This document shows positions 36,370-45,384 of a stretch of DNA of 64,000 bases, piece after piece. Location of the stretch: positions 451,193-515,192 of the forward strand of contig JAZKDJ010000001.1 of assembly GCA_040387635.1 (NCBI GenBank), given 5' to 3'. Numbering within the stretch: the stretch's first letter is position 1; every line of letters starts with the position of its first letter. A model generated the notes under the pieces. That model was given only the letters and a program-made list of their open reading frames with translations, did not search any database and was not told the origin of the DNA. Position numbers and translations under genes: made by a program. The DNA is from Patescibacteria group bacterium (GTDB lineage: Bacteria > Patescibacteriota > Minisyncoccia > Phycocordibacterales > PALSA-1337).

Positions 36370-37128
36370 ATGGAACTGATACTGTATGGTTTGATCGGAA
36401 GTGTATTGTCCCTCATTGGAGGTGTTGTCGTGCTTTGGCAGAGAGAGCGAGTGAAAAAAGTGATGACGCCGCTTCTTGCGTTTGCGGCCGCTGCTTTTCT
36501 TGGTGTAAGTTTTCTCGATCTTCTTCCTGAAGCGGTAGAGGTGGTAGCAGAGCCACACTATGTATTTATTGCGTTTCTAGTAGGAGTTACTATTTTCTTC
36601 GCACTTGAGCGTGCGCTCATGAAATATTTTTATAAACATCCGCATGACCACTCGCATGAGACAGGGGATGACGAGCACACAGAGTATCTTCCAGCACTTG
36701 TGATTCTTGGGGATTCTTTGCACAACTTTCTCGACGGTATCGCGATCGCAATAGCTTTCGTCGCCAATCCAGCACTTGGTCTCACGACAGCTTTAGCAGT
36801 TACGGCCCACGAGATTCCGCATGAGATTGGAGATTTCGCTATTCTTTTGGATAGAGGATGGTCTAGCAAAAAGGTTTTCCTCGCTAACCTCTTGTCCTCA
36901 CTCACGACATTTATCGGTATCGGTATAGGATACGTCACCGTTGTGGCTGTAGAGGGTTGGTTGCCATATCTACTCGCTGGAGTTGCCGGAATATTTAGCT
37001 ACATCGCTCTCTCAGATCTCATTCCAGAAGTTCATCATCGAGCGGGTCATCATCAACTCTTCAAGGTGCTTGTACCTTTTGTAGTCGGATTGGTTTTGAT
37101 TGGGTATCTTATTACAACAACGCATTAA
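36370..37128 (+). CDS. zupT: ZIP-family divalent metal transporter (ZupT-like)
   Basis: HNFLDGIAIA and HEIPHEIGDFAILL, with a His-rich loop HPHDHSHETGDDEH. Confidence 0.85.
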   Translation: MELILYGLIGSVLSLIGGVVVLWQRERVKKVMTPLLAFAAAAFLGVSFLDLLPEAVEVVAEPHYVFIAFLVGVTIFFALERALMKYFYKHPHDHSHETGDDEHTEYLPALVILGDSLHNFLDGIAIAIAFVANPALGLTTALAVTAHEIPHEIGDFAILLDRGWSSKKVFLANLLSSLTTFIGIGIGYVTVVAVEGWLPYLLAGVAGIFSYIALSDLIPEVHHRAGHHQLFKVLVPFVVGLVLIGYLITTTH

Positions 37129-37130
37129 TT

Positions 37131-37364
37131 ATGATTCCTAACAAAAAATTCCAAGGTGGGTACATCGGCCTCATCTCGCTCCTCGTTACTGTAGCTCTTA
37201 TCGGATTCATGGCTATCTATATGTATGGCCCTCACTCCAAAACAGGGGGAAGGGAGACAGGATTAGAAAACGATTCTCGAGGTGCGGGTGCAATCGAGCA
37301 AGCTGATGCAGTGAAGAATGCTCTAGAAAGTAGAAACAGTGCGACGGTGGAATCGGATAGGTAA
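37131..37364 (+). CDS. small membrane protein
   Basis: 77 aa with one TM helix. Confidence 0.35.
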   Translation: MIPNKKFQGGYIGLISLLVTVALIGFMAIYMYGPHSKTGGRETGLENDSRGAGAIEQADAVKNALESRNSATVESDR

Positions 37365-37392
37365 ACCTAGGTAAGGGGAGTACAATGAAACT

Positions 37393-37734
37393 ATGCTTAT
37401 ATTTTTAATTATTGGTCTATTGCTCGGTGCGTTGGTAGTTATTTTTGCATTACAAAACATTACGACGGTTACAGTTGCTTTCTTGGCTTGGCAGTTTGAA
37501 GGTTCTCTCGCGCTCATTTTAGTTCTTGCTGTCGTGGCTGGAATTTTGATCAGCTCATTGCTTTCAGTTCCTAACGTCATCAAGAAAAGCCTGCAGCTCT
37601 CAAAGCTTAAGAAGCACAATGCGAACTTGAAAGACGAGTTGGTTAACAAGGAGAAGGAGGTGAGTGTAGAAAAAAACAAGTTGGATGCGAACAATGCCTA
37701 TATTGATGATTTGGAGAAAAATCCAAAGGTATAG
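37393..37734 (+). CDS. LapA-domain (DUF1049) membrane protein
   Basis: Two TM helices (IFALQNITTVTVAFLAWQFEGSLALIL) followed by a coiled-coil tail. Confidence 0.6.
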   Translation: MLIFLIIGLLLGALVVIFALQNITTVTVAFLAWQFEGSLALILVLAVVAGILISSLLSVPNVIKKSLQLSKLKKHNANLKDELVNKEKEVSVEKNKLDANNAYIDDLEKNPKV

Positions 37735-37828
37735 TAAATATTTAACATGGTTTTGGAACAGGTGTCTCATCAAATAGGATGCCTGTTTTTCGTAATACGG
37801 TATACTGATTACATACCTTTATATACCC

Positions 37829-40222
37829 ATGAAGAATTTCAACTACAAAATTACAGCTTTCGACTTAGATGGCACGCTCGCTGAGAGTAAGCAGCCTATT
37901 ACTCCGGAGATGTTCAAACTCCTTAATAGGCTTTTGGAAAAAACTAAAGTGGCCATCATATCAGGAGGATCGTTCGCGCTTTTCAAGGAACAGTTTCTTT
38001 CGTCATGGGAAGGACCTAAAGAAAATTTGATCCTTCTTCCAGTAGAAGGTAGCCAGTGCTACGAATTTGATACTACAGCGCAGGATTGGAAGCGGGTGTA
38101 TACGACGGAGTTTTCTCAAGAGACTAAGGATAAGGCCATTAAAGCACTTAACCAGCTAGTCACTTCAGGTAAATATGACATTCCATCTGCTGATCATGCG
38201 TACGGACATTTTGTCGAAGACAGAGGTACACAGGTTACATTGTCTGCTCTCGGTCAGGAGGCGCCTTTGGAAGTGAAGCGAACATGGGATCCAGATCAGA
38301 AGAAGCGTTTGGAAATGAAACGTGAGTTGGAAGCGATTGTTCCTGAAGTTGAGATTGCTGTTGCAGGCATGACGTCGCTCGATGTTTTGCCTAAGGGACT
38401 TAATAAGGCAGTTGGCTTACAGAGACTTCTCAAACAAATGGGTTGGAATATGTCGGATATGATTTTTGCTGGGGATTCGGTTTTCCCTGGAGGTAATGAC
38501 TACTCACCATTGGAGGCGGGTATTATGACAGTGCGAGTAAAAAATCCTGCTGACACTGCGCGATTCATTGAGAGACTACTCGAAGGCAGGGGAGCTGTGG
38601 CGTACTTCTGTGCTGAGTACGGAATTCCTGGATTACCTATCTATGCTGGAGGTTTAGGAATGCTCTCAGAAGATTTTGTGAGAGAAGCTGGAGATAAGGG
38701 AATGGACCTTCATGCCATTGGACTTTTTTATAACCAGCGAGGCGACAGTCAGTCAGAGGATCTTGTTGCGCAGAATGCTCGAATGCTTAGTGAGCATCAG
38801 TTTGAGTTGATGAAAAATGAGAAGGGAGATCCTCTCGTTATTGATATTGATCTCGCGCATAGAATATTCTCAGTGCAGGTGTGGCGAAGAATTCATGGAA
38901 GCTCGTCTCTCTACTTGCTTGATGCTGACCTCCCTAAGAATTCTTTGGAAGATCGGAAGATGCTGTCATTCCTCTATAAGCATGATATTGAAACAAGTAT
39001 CATTCAACAGCTCATTCTTGGAATCGGCGGAGTGAAGCTTCTTCGAACGCTCAAGATTGTTCCTGACATTTATCATATGAATGAGGGACATACGAGCTTC
39101 GTGGCGCTGGCACTTGTTGCTGAGTACATGCATGATCATCCGGAGGAACAAGATCTGCACAAAGCAGCAGAGGCTGTACGTCAGATAACTGTGGCTTCAA
39201 AGCACACTATTTTGTCGGTTGCGGGTATTAATTTTACTAAGGAAAAATTACAAGAAACAGTAAGTCATTATTTCGAAAGACATAGAATCAATTTTGATGA
39301 GTTCTTCGCGCTGGGCGTTAGACCTGAAAATCCAGAAGTATTCTCAACAACCAGATTCATGCTTCAGAGTGCAGTAAGAGCAAACGGTGTTAGTCTTCTT
39401 CATACACAGTTTGAGAAAATTCGTCATCCGCACAGCACGCTCATTCCTATAACCAACGGTGTGTACCTTCCTCGATGGAGAGCTGCATCATGGCCAGCCT
39501 ACAATGCTGGATCTCTCGAAGATGCTGCTCTGTGGGAACTTCGAAATCAAAGCCGAAAAGAGTTGGTGGATTATATTGCCAAGGAACATGCAACGAAGCT
39601 CGATCCTCAAGCTCTTACAATTGTTTGGGCTAGAAGATTCGCTTCTTACAAACGACCGTCACTTCTCTTTAGTGATCTCGAGCGTCTGGCAAAGATTGTG
39701 GCGATACAAGGTAAGCCTGTGCAATTTATAATTTCAGGTAAGGCGCATGACAGCGATCCTGAGGGCTTGGCTACCGTGCAGAAGATCAAGGAGTTTGCAG
39801 TGAGTGAGCATTTCCATGCAAAGGTGATTTATATCTCAGACTACTCAGTGGACATTGCGCGCAAACTTGTGAAGGGTGCTGACGTTTGGCTTAACACTCC
39901 AATTCCAGGATTCGAAGCTTGTGGAACGAGCGGTATGAAAGCAAGCCTCAATGGTGCACTTCAGTGCAGCACTCCTGATGGATGGGTGGGGGAGGTGGAT
40001 TGGACGGGCAGAGGCTTCACACTTATTGAAGAAAAAATGCCTGGAGGACTTTATGATGTGATTGAGAAGGAGATTGTTCCTGAATTTTTCGACAGAGATA
40101 CAGATGGTGTTCCAAAAGCGTGGATCAAACGCGTGCGTGCCACACTTAATATCGTCGAGAAGGAATATACCGCTTCACGGATGGTGGATGATTACTACAA
40201 CAAGCTATATTTCCCTAAGTAG
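37829..40222 (+). CDS. fusion protein: HAD-IIB (phosphomannomutase-like) phosphatase domain plus alpha-glucan phosphorylase (GT35)
   Basis: N-terminus: ITAFDLDGTLAES ... FAGDSVFPGGNDY. From about residue 255: YFCAEYGIPGLPIYAGGLGMLSEDF ... EACGTSGMKASLNG (PLP lysine). Confidence 0.8.
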   Translation: MKNFNYKITAFDLDGTLAESKQPITPEMFKLLNRLLEKTKVAIISGGSFALFKEQFLSSWEGPKENLILLPVEGSQCYEFDTTAQDWKRVYTTEFSQETKDKAIKALNQLVTSGKYDIPSADHAYGHFVEDRGTQVTLSALGQEAPLEVKRTWDPDQKKRLEMKRELEAIVPEVEIAVAGMTSLDVLPKGLNKAVGLQRLLKQMGWNMSDMIFAGDSVFPGGNDYSPLEAGIMTVRVKNPADTARFIERLLEGRGAVAYFCAEYGIPGLPIYAGGLGMLSEDFVREAGDKGMDLHAIGLFYNQRGDSQSEDLVAQNARMLSEHQFELMKNEKGDPLVIDIDLAHRIFSVQVWRRIHGSSSLYLLDADLPKNSLEDRKMLSFLYKHDIETSIIQQLILGIGGVKLLRTLKIVPDIYHMNEGHTSFVALALVAEYMHDHPEEQDLHKAAEAVRQITVASKHTILSVAGINFTKEKLQETVSHYFERHRINFDEFFALGVRPENPEVFSTTRFMLQSAVRANGVSLLHTQFEKIRHPHSTLIPITNGVYLPRWRAASWPAYNAGSLEDAALWELRNQSRKELVDYIAKEHATKLDPQALTIVWARRFASYKRPSLLFSDLERLAKIVAIQGKPVQFIISGKAHDSDPEGLATVQKIKEFAVSEHFHAKVIYISDYSVDIARKLVKGADVWLNTPIPGFEACGTSGMKASLNGALQCSTPDGWVGEVDWTGRGFTLIEEKMPGGLYDVIEKEIVPEFFDRDTDGVPKAWIKRVRATLNIVEKEYTASRMVDDYYNKLYFPK

Positions 40223-40272
40223 CGCAGAGTATCGAAAATCGGTAAAATTTGGTAGAATACTAAGACAATTTC

Positions 40273-41787
40273 ATGAAATTTTTTCGAACAAAAAAGCCCC
40301 TAAAAATCCTTTTTATTGGCTCAGAAGCGGCTCCTTTCGCTAAAGTAGGAGGTCTAGCTTCGGTTATGTATTCGCTCCCTAAGGCACTTTCCAGACTCGG
40401 ACATGATGCCCGTGTCATGATTCCTCGATATCTCTCCATCGATCCAACTCAATATGAACTCTCAATGGTGCGAGAGCATCTCAAAGTTCCAACCAAGAAT
40501 GAGAAGGGAGAATCCCATCTTATCTGTAATGTGAAATTATTCACGCCAAAAAAGGATGAAGATCCGGTTTGTACATATTTCTTGGAAAACCAAGAATACT
40601 ATGAGCAGCGGGCGAATGTGTACGGATACATGGACGATCCTGTTAGATGGTTGCTTTTGTGCCGTGGTGCATTGGAATTCTTGCAGACGAGTGATTGGAA
40701 GCCTGACATAATTGTTGGCGCTGACTGGCAGACGGGATACATTTCAAATCTTCTCAGGACTGAGTACAAGAACAGCACCGTTCTCTCGAAAGTTACCAGC
40801 GTTCTCGCGATACATAACATGTATCATCAAGGAATGTTTGATCATAAATTCGTGCAGGAGATGGATTACGATGATGGTCATTCGATGCTGCCAGCTCTCG
40901 AAGATCCTCGACTTAACAAGATCAATGCTCTCCGACGGGGAATTATGCATTCAGACGCTATTGTCACGGTATCTCCTAACTACGCTAAGGAAATTTTAAC
41001 TAAAGAATATGGTGAAATGCTCGATGAGCTTCTTCGTGAGAGACGAGCAGTCCTTACTGGAATCTTGAATGGTATTGATTACGATCTTTGGAATCCTGAA
41101 AATGATCCGTATGTCGCGCACCATTTTGATAAGAACAACCTCGAAGCGCGAACTAAGAATAAAAAAGAACTGCAGGAACGCTTTAGGCTCAACGTCGACA
41201 AGGACGCGTTCATTGTTTCTATTGTTTCAAGACTCACACGACAGAAGGGATTTGATCTACTATATCCAATCATGGATACATTGATGCGAGAGCTCCCAAT
41301 TCAATTCGTAGTGCTTGGAGAGGGAGAGGGTGATCTTATGGGCTTTTTCCATGACCTAGAAACAAGATATGCTGGACGAGTGGCAACTCATCTTAAGTAC
41401 GATCCTGTACTTCCTCATATTGTCCTTGCTGGAACTGATGCGGTGCTTGTTCCTTCAAGATTTGAGCCGTGCGGGTTGACTCAGCTTGAAGCAATGCGCA
41501 TGGGCGCTATTCCGATTGCTCGCAAGACCGGAGGAATTGCCGATTCAGTAATTGATTACAATCCAAACAAGGAGATTGGTACGGGATTTGTTTTCGAAAA
41601 TTTCGACTCATCATCACTCATGATTGCGTTTATCAGAGCCTTCGAGAATCACCGCAGCAAGAAGCAGTGGCAGGAGCTTCAGAAGCGAGCCATGGAAGAA
41701 GACTTCTCATGGGATTCGTCAGCAAAGAAATACACAGAGTTCTTCGAGCGAGCAATTGTTTTCCATAACCGTAATCAGCAAAAATAA
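40273..41787 (+). CDS. glgA: glycogen/starch synthase (GT5)
   Basis: ILFIGSEAAPFAKVGGLASV ... SRFEPCGLTQLEAMRMGAIPIARKTGG. Confidence 0.85.
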   Translation: MKFFRTKKPLKILFIGSEAAPFAKVGGLASVMYSLPKALSRLGHDARVMIPRYLSIDPTQYELSMVREHLKVPTKNEKGESHLICNVKLFTPKKDEDPVCTYFLENQEYYEQRANVYGYMDDPVRWLLLCRGALEFLQTSDWKPDIIVGADWQTGYISNLLRTEYKNSTVLSKVTSVLAIHNMYHQGMFDHKFVQEMDYDDGHSMLPALEDPRLNKINALRRGIMHSDAIVTVSPNYAKEILTKEYGEMLDELLRERRAVLTGILNGIDYDLWNPENDPYVAHHFDKNNLEARTKNKKELQERFRLNVDKDAFIVSIVSRLTRQKGFDLLYPIMDTLMRELPIQFVVLGEGEGDLMGFFHDLETRYAGRVATHLKYDPVLPHIVLAGTDAVLVPSRFEPCGLTQLEAMRMGAIPIARKTGGIADSVIDYNPNKEIGTGFVFENFDSSSLMIAFIRAFENHRSKKQWQELQKRAMEEDFSWDSSAKKYTEFFERAIVFHNRNQQK

Positions 41788-41792
41788 CTTCC

Positions 41793-43286
41793 ATGAAATG
41801 GGCAAACTTTCTACACGTATACCAGCCAGCCGAACAGCAGCGAGATATTTTGGAAGCGATCGTCACACAGTGCTACCGTCCAATTTTTACGCACATAAGA
41901 GACAATAAGGATCTTCGCCTGACGATTAACATCAACGGTGCGCTCCTCGAACTTTTTGCACGCGATGGATATACCGATCTTATTGATTGCCTTAAGGAAG
42001 CAGGAAAGGATGGGAGAGTTGAGTTTACATGCTCAGCTAAATACCATGCTTTTCTTCCATTCCTATCCAAGGAAGAAATCATTCGCCAGATCCAGATCAA
42101 CAATGACACGATGAAGCGCTATCTCGGGGACTCATACAAGCCTCGAGGATTTTTTCCTCCTGAAATGGGATTCAAGCCGGAGCTCGCACCTATTTTGAAT
42201 GAGATGGGTTTTGAATGGGTTATTCTCGATGAGATCGCGCTTACTGGAACTCCTGGAGCTATTGATAACAGTAAGCAATACAAGATCAAGGGAACTGATA
42301 TGAAGGTGTTCTTCCGAGATCGAAGACTCAGCAACCTCATCATGAGTGCTGTTGTTAGATCTCCTGAAACTCTCAAGGAAGCTATGAAGGGCGAGATTCA
42401 GAATGACAATTACGTCATCACTGCTATGGATGGTGAGACCTTTGGTCACCACAGGCCAGGACTTGAGAAGATGCTTTTCAATGTATGGAGCGGAAAGGAA
42501 TATGATCTTGTAAACATTTCTGACCTTAGCGCCTTGGGTATTGAAACCGTAGAAGTGCAGCCGGTTGCTTCAACATGGGCAAGTAGTAAGGAAGATATTG
42601 ATCACAATATTCAGTTCCTTTCATGGGCTGATCCTGAGAATAAGATTCATAAGTGGCAGAATGAGCTTCTAGCTCTCACACTCAAGGAAGTGTACGCCAT
42701 GGATAAGACGCATCCTCGATATGATCAAGTACGAATGAAAATGGATCTAGGTTTGGCAAGCGATCACTTCTGGTGGGCATCAGCTAAACCTTGGTGGAGC
42801 GTAGAGATGATCGAAGACGGTGCATATCGTCTTCTTGATACTATTCATCTCGTGCCAGATGTAAGTGCAGAAACGCTATCTAAGGCGAGCAAGCTGTATG
42901 AAAATATTATCTCGACTGCATTCAATTGGCAGCGAACAGGACGTATCCGAGAAATGATGCGATCACAAAACTCTATTCTCAGAATTCCTTTTGCCGACAG
43001 GACTGTTGGCAAGGGTGGTGCGGAAGAGGGAGTTTTCCATGCCTTCATAGATATGATGACGAAGCTTGAGAAGGAAGCTGCTGCGCGAGGAGAATACGAG
43101 AAGGCAATCCTTTGGAGAGATGCTCTCTATAAACTTACGAACAAACTTGATATTTACGATACAGTAAATGCTATCGATCTTCTCAGAATCGAAGTTCCTC
43201 ATAACGAAGTAGAGGCAGTGATTGAGAAATACAAAGAGAAGTATCGCGCTATGCGAGGTGGGCAGCCGGAACAGCGGGGTAGCTAG
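41793..43286 (+). CDS. glycoside hydrolase family 57 protein
   Basis: FLHVYQP start, MDGETFGHH catalytic region and WWASAKPWW. Confidence 0.75.
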   Translation: MKWANFLHVYQPAEQQRDILEAIVTQCYRPIFTHIRDNKDLRLTININGALLELFARDGYTDLIDCLKEAGKDGRVEFTCSAKYHAFLPFLSKEEIIRQIQINNDTMKRYLGDSYKPRGFFPPEMGFKPELAPILNEMGFEWVILDEIALTGTPGAIDNSKQYKIKGTDMKVFFRDRRLSNLIMSAVVRSPETLKEAMKGEIQNDNYVITAMDGETFGHHRPGLEKMLFNVWSGKEYDLVNISDLSALGIETVEVQPVASTWASSKEDIDHNIQFLSWADPENKIHKWQNELLALTLKEVYAMDKTHPRYDQVRMKMDLGLASDHFWWASAKPWWSVEMIEDGAYRLLDTIHLVPDVSAETLSKASKLYENIISTAFNWQRTGRIREMMRSQNSILRIPFADRTVGKGGAEEGVFHAFIDMMTKLEKEAAARGEYEKAILWRDALYKLTNKLDIYDTVNAIDLLRIEVPHNEVEAVIEKYKEKYRAMRGGQPEQRGS

Positions 43287-43821
43287 GATTTTTGACGAGG
43301 CAAGGTTCTCCGTCTTTCTCTATAACATAATATGCGAAGCCGTGAAGTTTTCTCATAGGCTCATAATCTGCATGCTGAGGCATACTTGCGGAATCTCCAC
43401 CTGCGAAATTCACAGGACTGTCGTCTGAAGTAACGAGCCAGGTTTTGCCAGTGTTCACCATCGCATGACCTGCAAAAGGAGGGATGACGTATTTGTCTCC
43501 AGCTTTGACCTTGATAGCTTCGAAGCTTTCAATCTCATCATCAATCCAGGCGCCAGCGGCGTCTTTTTTGCGCATCTGAAGAAGTAGAATTCCTTCGCCT
43601 TCGAGTATCCAATAGGTCTCCTTGAAATCGTCTATATGATAGTGGCCATAGGCTTTGATGTATTCGCCGCCAATTGTTCCAGGCTCCCAGATCGTAATGT
43701 TCTTCTTAGCTGATCCTCCGCGGACCATATGATAGTGAATTGCAGGTCCTGCTGCCTCGGGATTCATGAGAACGTCCTTCATTTTGTCGTGGCTTCTTTC
43801 GGCGTAGCTTTTGTTTTCCAT
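43249..43821 (-). CDS. cupin-type (archaeal-like) glucose-6-phosphate isomerase
   Basis: AYGHYH ... ETYWILEGEGILLLQ ... IPPFAGHAMVNTG parallels Pyrococcus cPGI TKGHFH ... VYVALKGKGGMLLQ ... VPPYWAHRTVNIG (from memory). Confidence 0.65.
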   Translation of the reverse strand: MENKSYAERSHDKMKDVLMNPEAAGPAIHYHMVRGGSAKKNITIWEPGTIGGEYIKAYGHYHIDDFKETYWILEGEGILLLQMRKKDAAGAWIDDEIESFEAIKVKAGDKYVIPPFAGHAMVNTGKTWLVTSDDSPVNFAGGDSASMPQHADYEPMRKLHGFAYYVIEKDGEPCLVKNPSYPAVPAAHLA

Positions 43822-43859
43822 ATAATGATTATTATATCCTATTCTGATAGACTTCGAGT

Positions 43860-44375
43860 ATGAACACTATGGCTGTCTTAATCATCGATATGCAGGACTT
43901 TTTTCTCAAGCATATTGACCAAACCATCCGCGAAGAGATGATTGCTAACCAGGGCAAGGTTATTGAGCGTTGTGTAGAGAGCCAGATTCCCATCATCCTT
44001 GTGCAGTACAAGGATAGAGGAGATATTACTGATGCGCTTCAGGCAAAACTAAAAGACGTTCCAAACGTTACACTCGTGATCAAAGAACATAACAGCGGCT
44101 TCAGAGATACGACGCTCGGTGATGTACTTATCGAGAAGAAAATAAAGAAGCTCGGGCTCATGGGAATAAACGCTACCGGCTGCGTGCAGGATACTGCTAT
44201 GGGTGCATTAAGCAGGGGACTTACCATCATGACGGGTAAGGGTGTGATCGCAAGTTCTTCCAAGAATGATAGGTATTTGGATGTGAGCAGGGTGTGGTTT
44301 TCTAAGAATGGAGATTTTTTTGAAACGCCTGAGGAGTTCGTGGCAGCTTTAAATAAATCTGGGTATACTTCATAA
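43860..44375 (+). CDS. isochorismatase-family cysteine hydrolase
   Basis: AVLIIDMQDFF and GINATGCVQDTA. Confidence 0.75.
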   Translation: MNTMAVLIIDMQDFFLKHIDQTIREEMIANQGKVIERCVESQIPIILVQYKDRGDITDALQAKLKDVPNVTLVIKEHNSGFRDTTLGDVLIEKKIKKLGLMGINATGCVQDTAMGALSRGLTIMTGKGVIASSSKNDRYLDVSRVWFSKNGDFFETPEEFVAALNKSGYTS

Positions 44376-44969
44376 ATGTTTAAAGCAGCAATATTCGATT
44401 TGAATGGCATATTCGTGCAAAGCCCGAAACTCAGCGAAAGATTTGAGAAAGATTTTAATATTCCTATAGAAACTTTTGTTCCGAGGCTTTCAGAGATTAT
44501 GAGCAAGGCTCGCCAGCCTGGCGCAGGAAAGACATTTGATTATTGGGCTCCAGCTCTCAAGGAGTGGGGAGTGAAGCTCACCGAAGAAGAATTGTGGGAT
44601 TATTGGTTTGGAGTTGAGAAGGTCTCGGACGAGATGGTGCGTTTTGCAAAAGAACTCCGATCTCAGGGAATCAAAGTTTTCATTCTCTCGAATAATTTTA
44701 AGGAGCGCTCAGCATACTACGGTAATTATCCATGGGTACATGAAGCAGCGGATAAAATATATTTCTCTTGGCAGACGGGATTTGTTAAGCCGGATGTACG
44801 AGCATGGACTTCTATTCTCGAAGAGCATGATTTGAAACCTGAGGATTGTATTTATTTCGATGACCTTGATAAAAACTTAAAAGCCGCAGAGAGTGTGGGA
44901 ATTAAGTCACATATGTTCAAAGACGAAGCTGATCTCAAAAGGATCGTAGGAGAAGCCATCAAAAGCTAA
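44376..44969 (+). CDS. HAD-superfamily hydrolase
   Basis: AAIFDLNG (motif I), ILSNN (motif II), YFDDLDKN (motif IV). Confidence 0.7.
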   Translation: MFKAAIFDLNGIFVQSPKLSERFEKDFNIPIETFVPRLSEIMSKARQPGAGKTFDYWAPALKEWGVKLTEEELWDYWFGVEKVSDEMVRFAKELRSQGIKVFILSNNFKERSAYYGNYPWVHEAADKIYFSWQTGFVKPDVRAWTSILEEHDLKPEDCIYFDDLDKNLKAAESVGIKSHMFKDEADLKRIVGEAIKS

Positions 44970-44970
44970 G

Positions 44971-45294
44971 TTGGTATACTCTATATATATGATGACGTCA
45001 TTTCAGCAAAAAGTTCATAAGCTTGCTCAGCGAATTCCAAAAGGGAAAGTCGCTACCTATGGCCAGCTGGCGAAAAAGGCTGGAAGTCCAGGCGCTGCAA
45101 GAGCTGTTGGTATGTGCATGAAATGCAATCCTTACACCAAGGTTACTCCATGCCACCGAGTTGTGGCTTCAGATGGAAAGCTCACTGGCTATGCCTTTGG
45201 AGGTGTCTCTGTCAAAAAGAAAATGCTCCTTAAGGAAGGAGTGATGTTTAGGGGAGAGAAGGTGGATCTTTCGAAGTCGCAGTGGAAGGCGTAA
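44971..45294 (+). CDS. ogt: methylated-DNA--protein-cysteine methyltransferase, DNA-binding/active-site domain only
   Basis: IPKGKVATYGQLA ... PCHRVV ... GKLTGY. Confidence 0.8.
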   Translation: MVYSIYMMTSFQQKVHKLAQRIPKGKVATYGQLAKKAGSPGAARAVGMCMKCNPYTKVTPCHRVVASDGKLTGYAFGGVSVKKKMLLKEGVMFRGEKVDLSKSQWKA

Positions 45295-45329
45295 GTGGTT
45301 TTAAAATCAAGAAAAATCAAGAAAAGAAT

Positions 45330-45360
45330 AACGCGCGCAGACCACAGGTCTGCGCGCGTT
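45330..45360. terminator. bidirectional hairpin terminator
   Basis: Stem AACGCGCGCAGACC-ACA-GGTCTGCGCGCGTT between convergent genes. Confidence 0.75.
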
Positions 45361-45384
45361 CGTTATTTGCAATTTTGGTTGCTG

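Noticed and set aside
44039-44506. 155-aa minus-strand ORF
   Set aside because: It is antisense across the isochorismatase/HAD gene junction. Both plus-strand genes carry family motifs.
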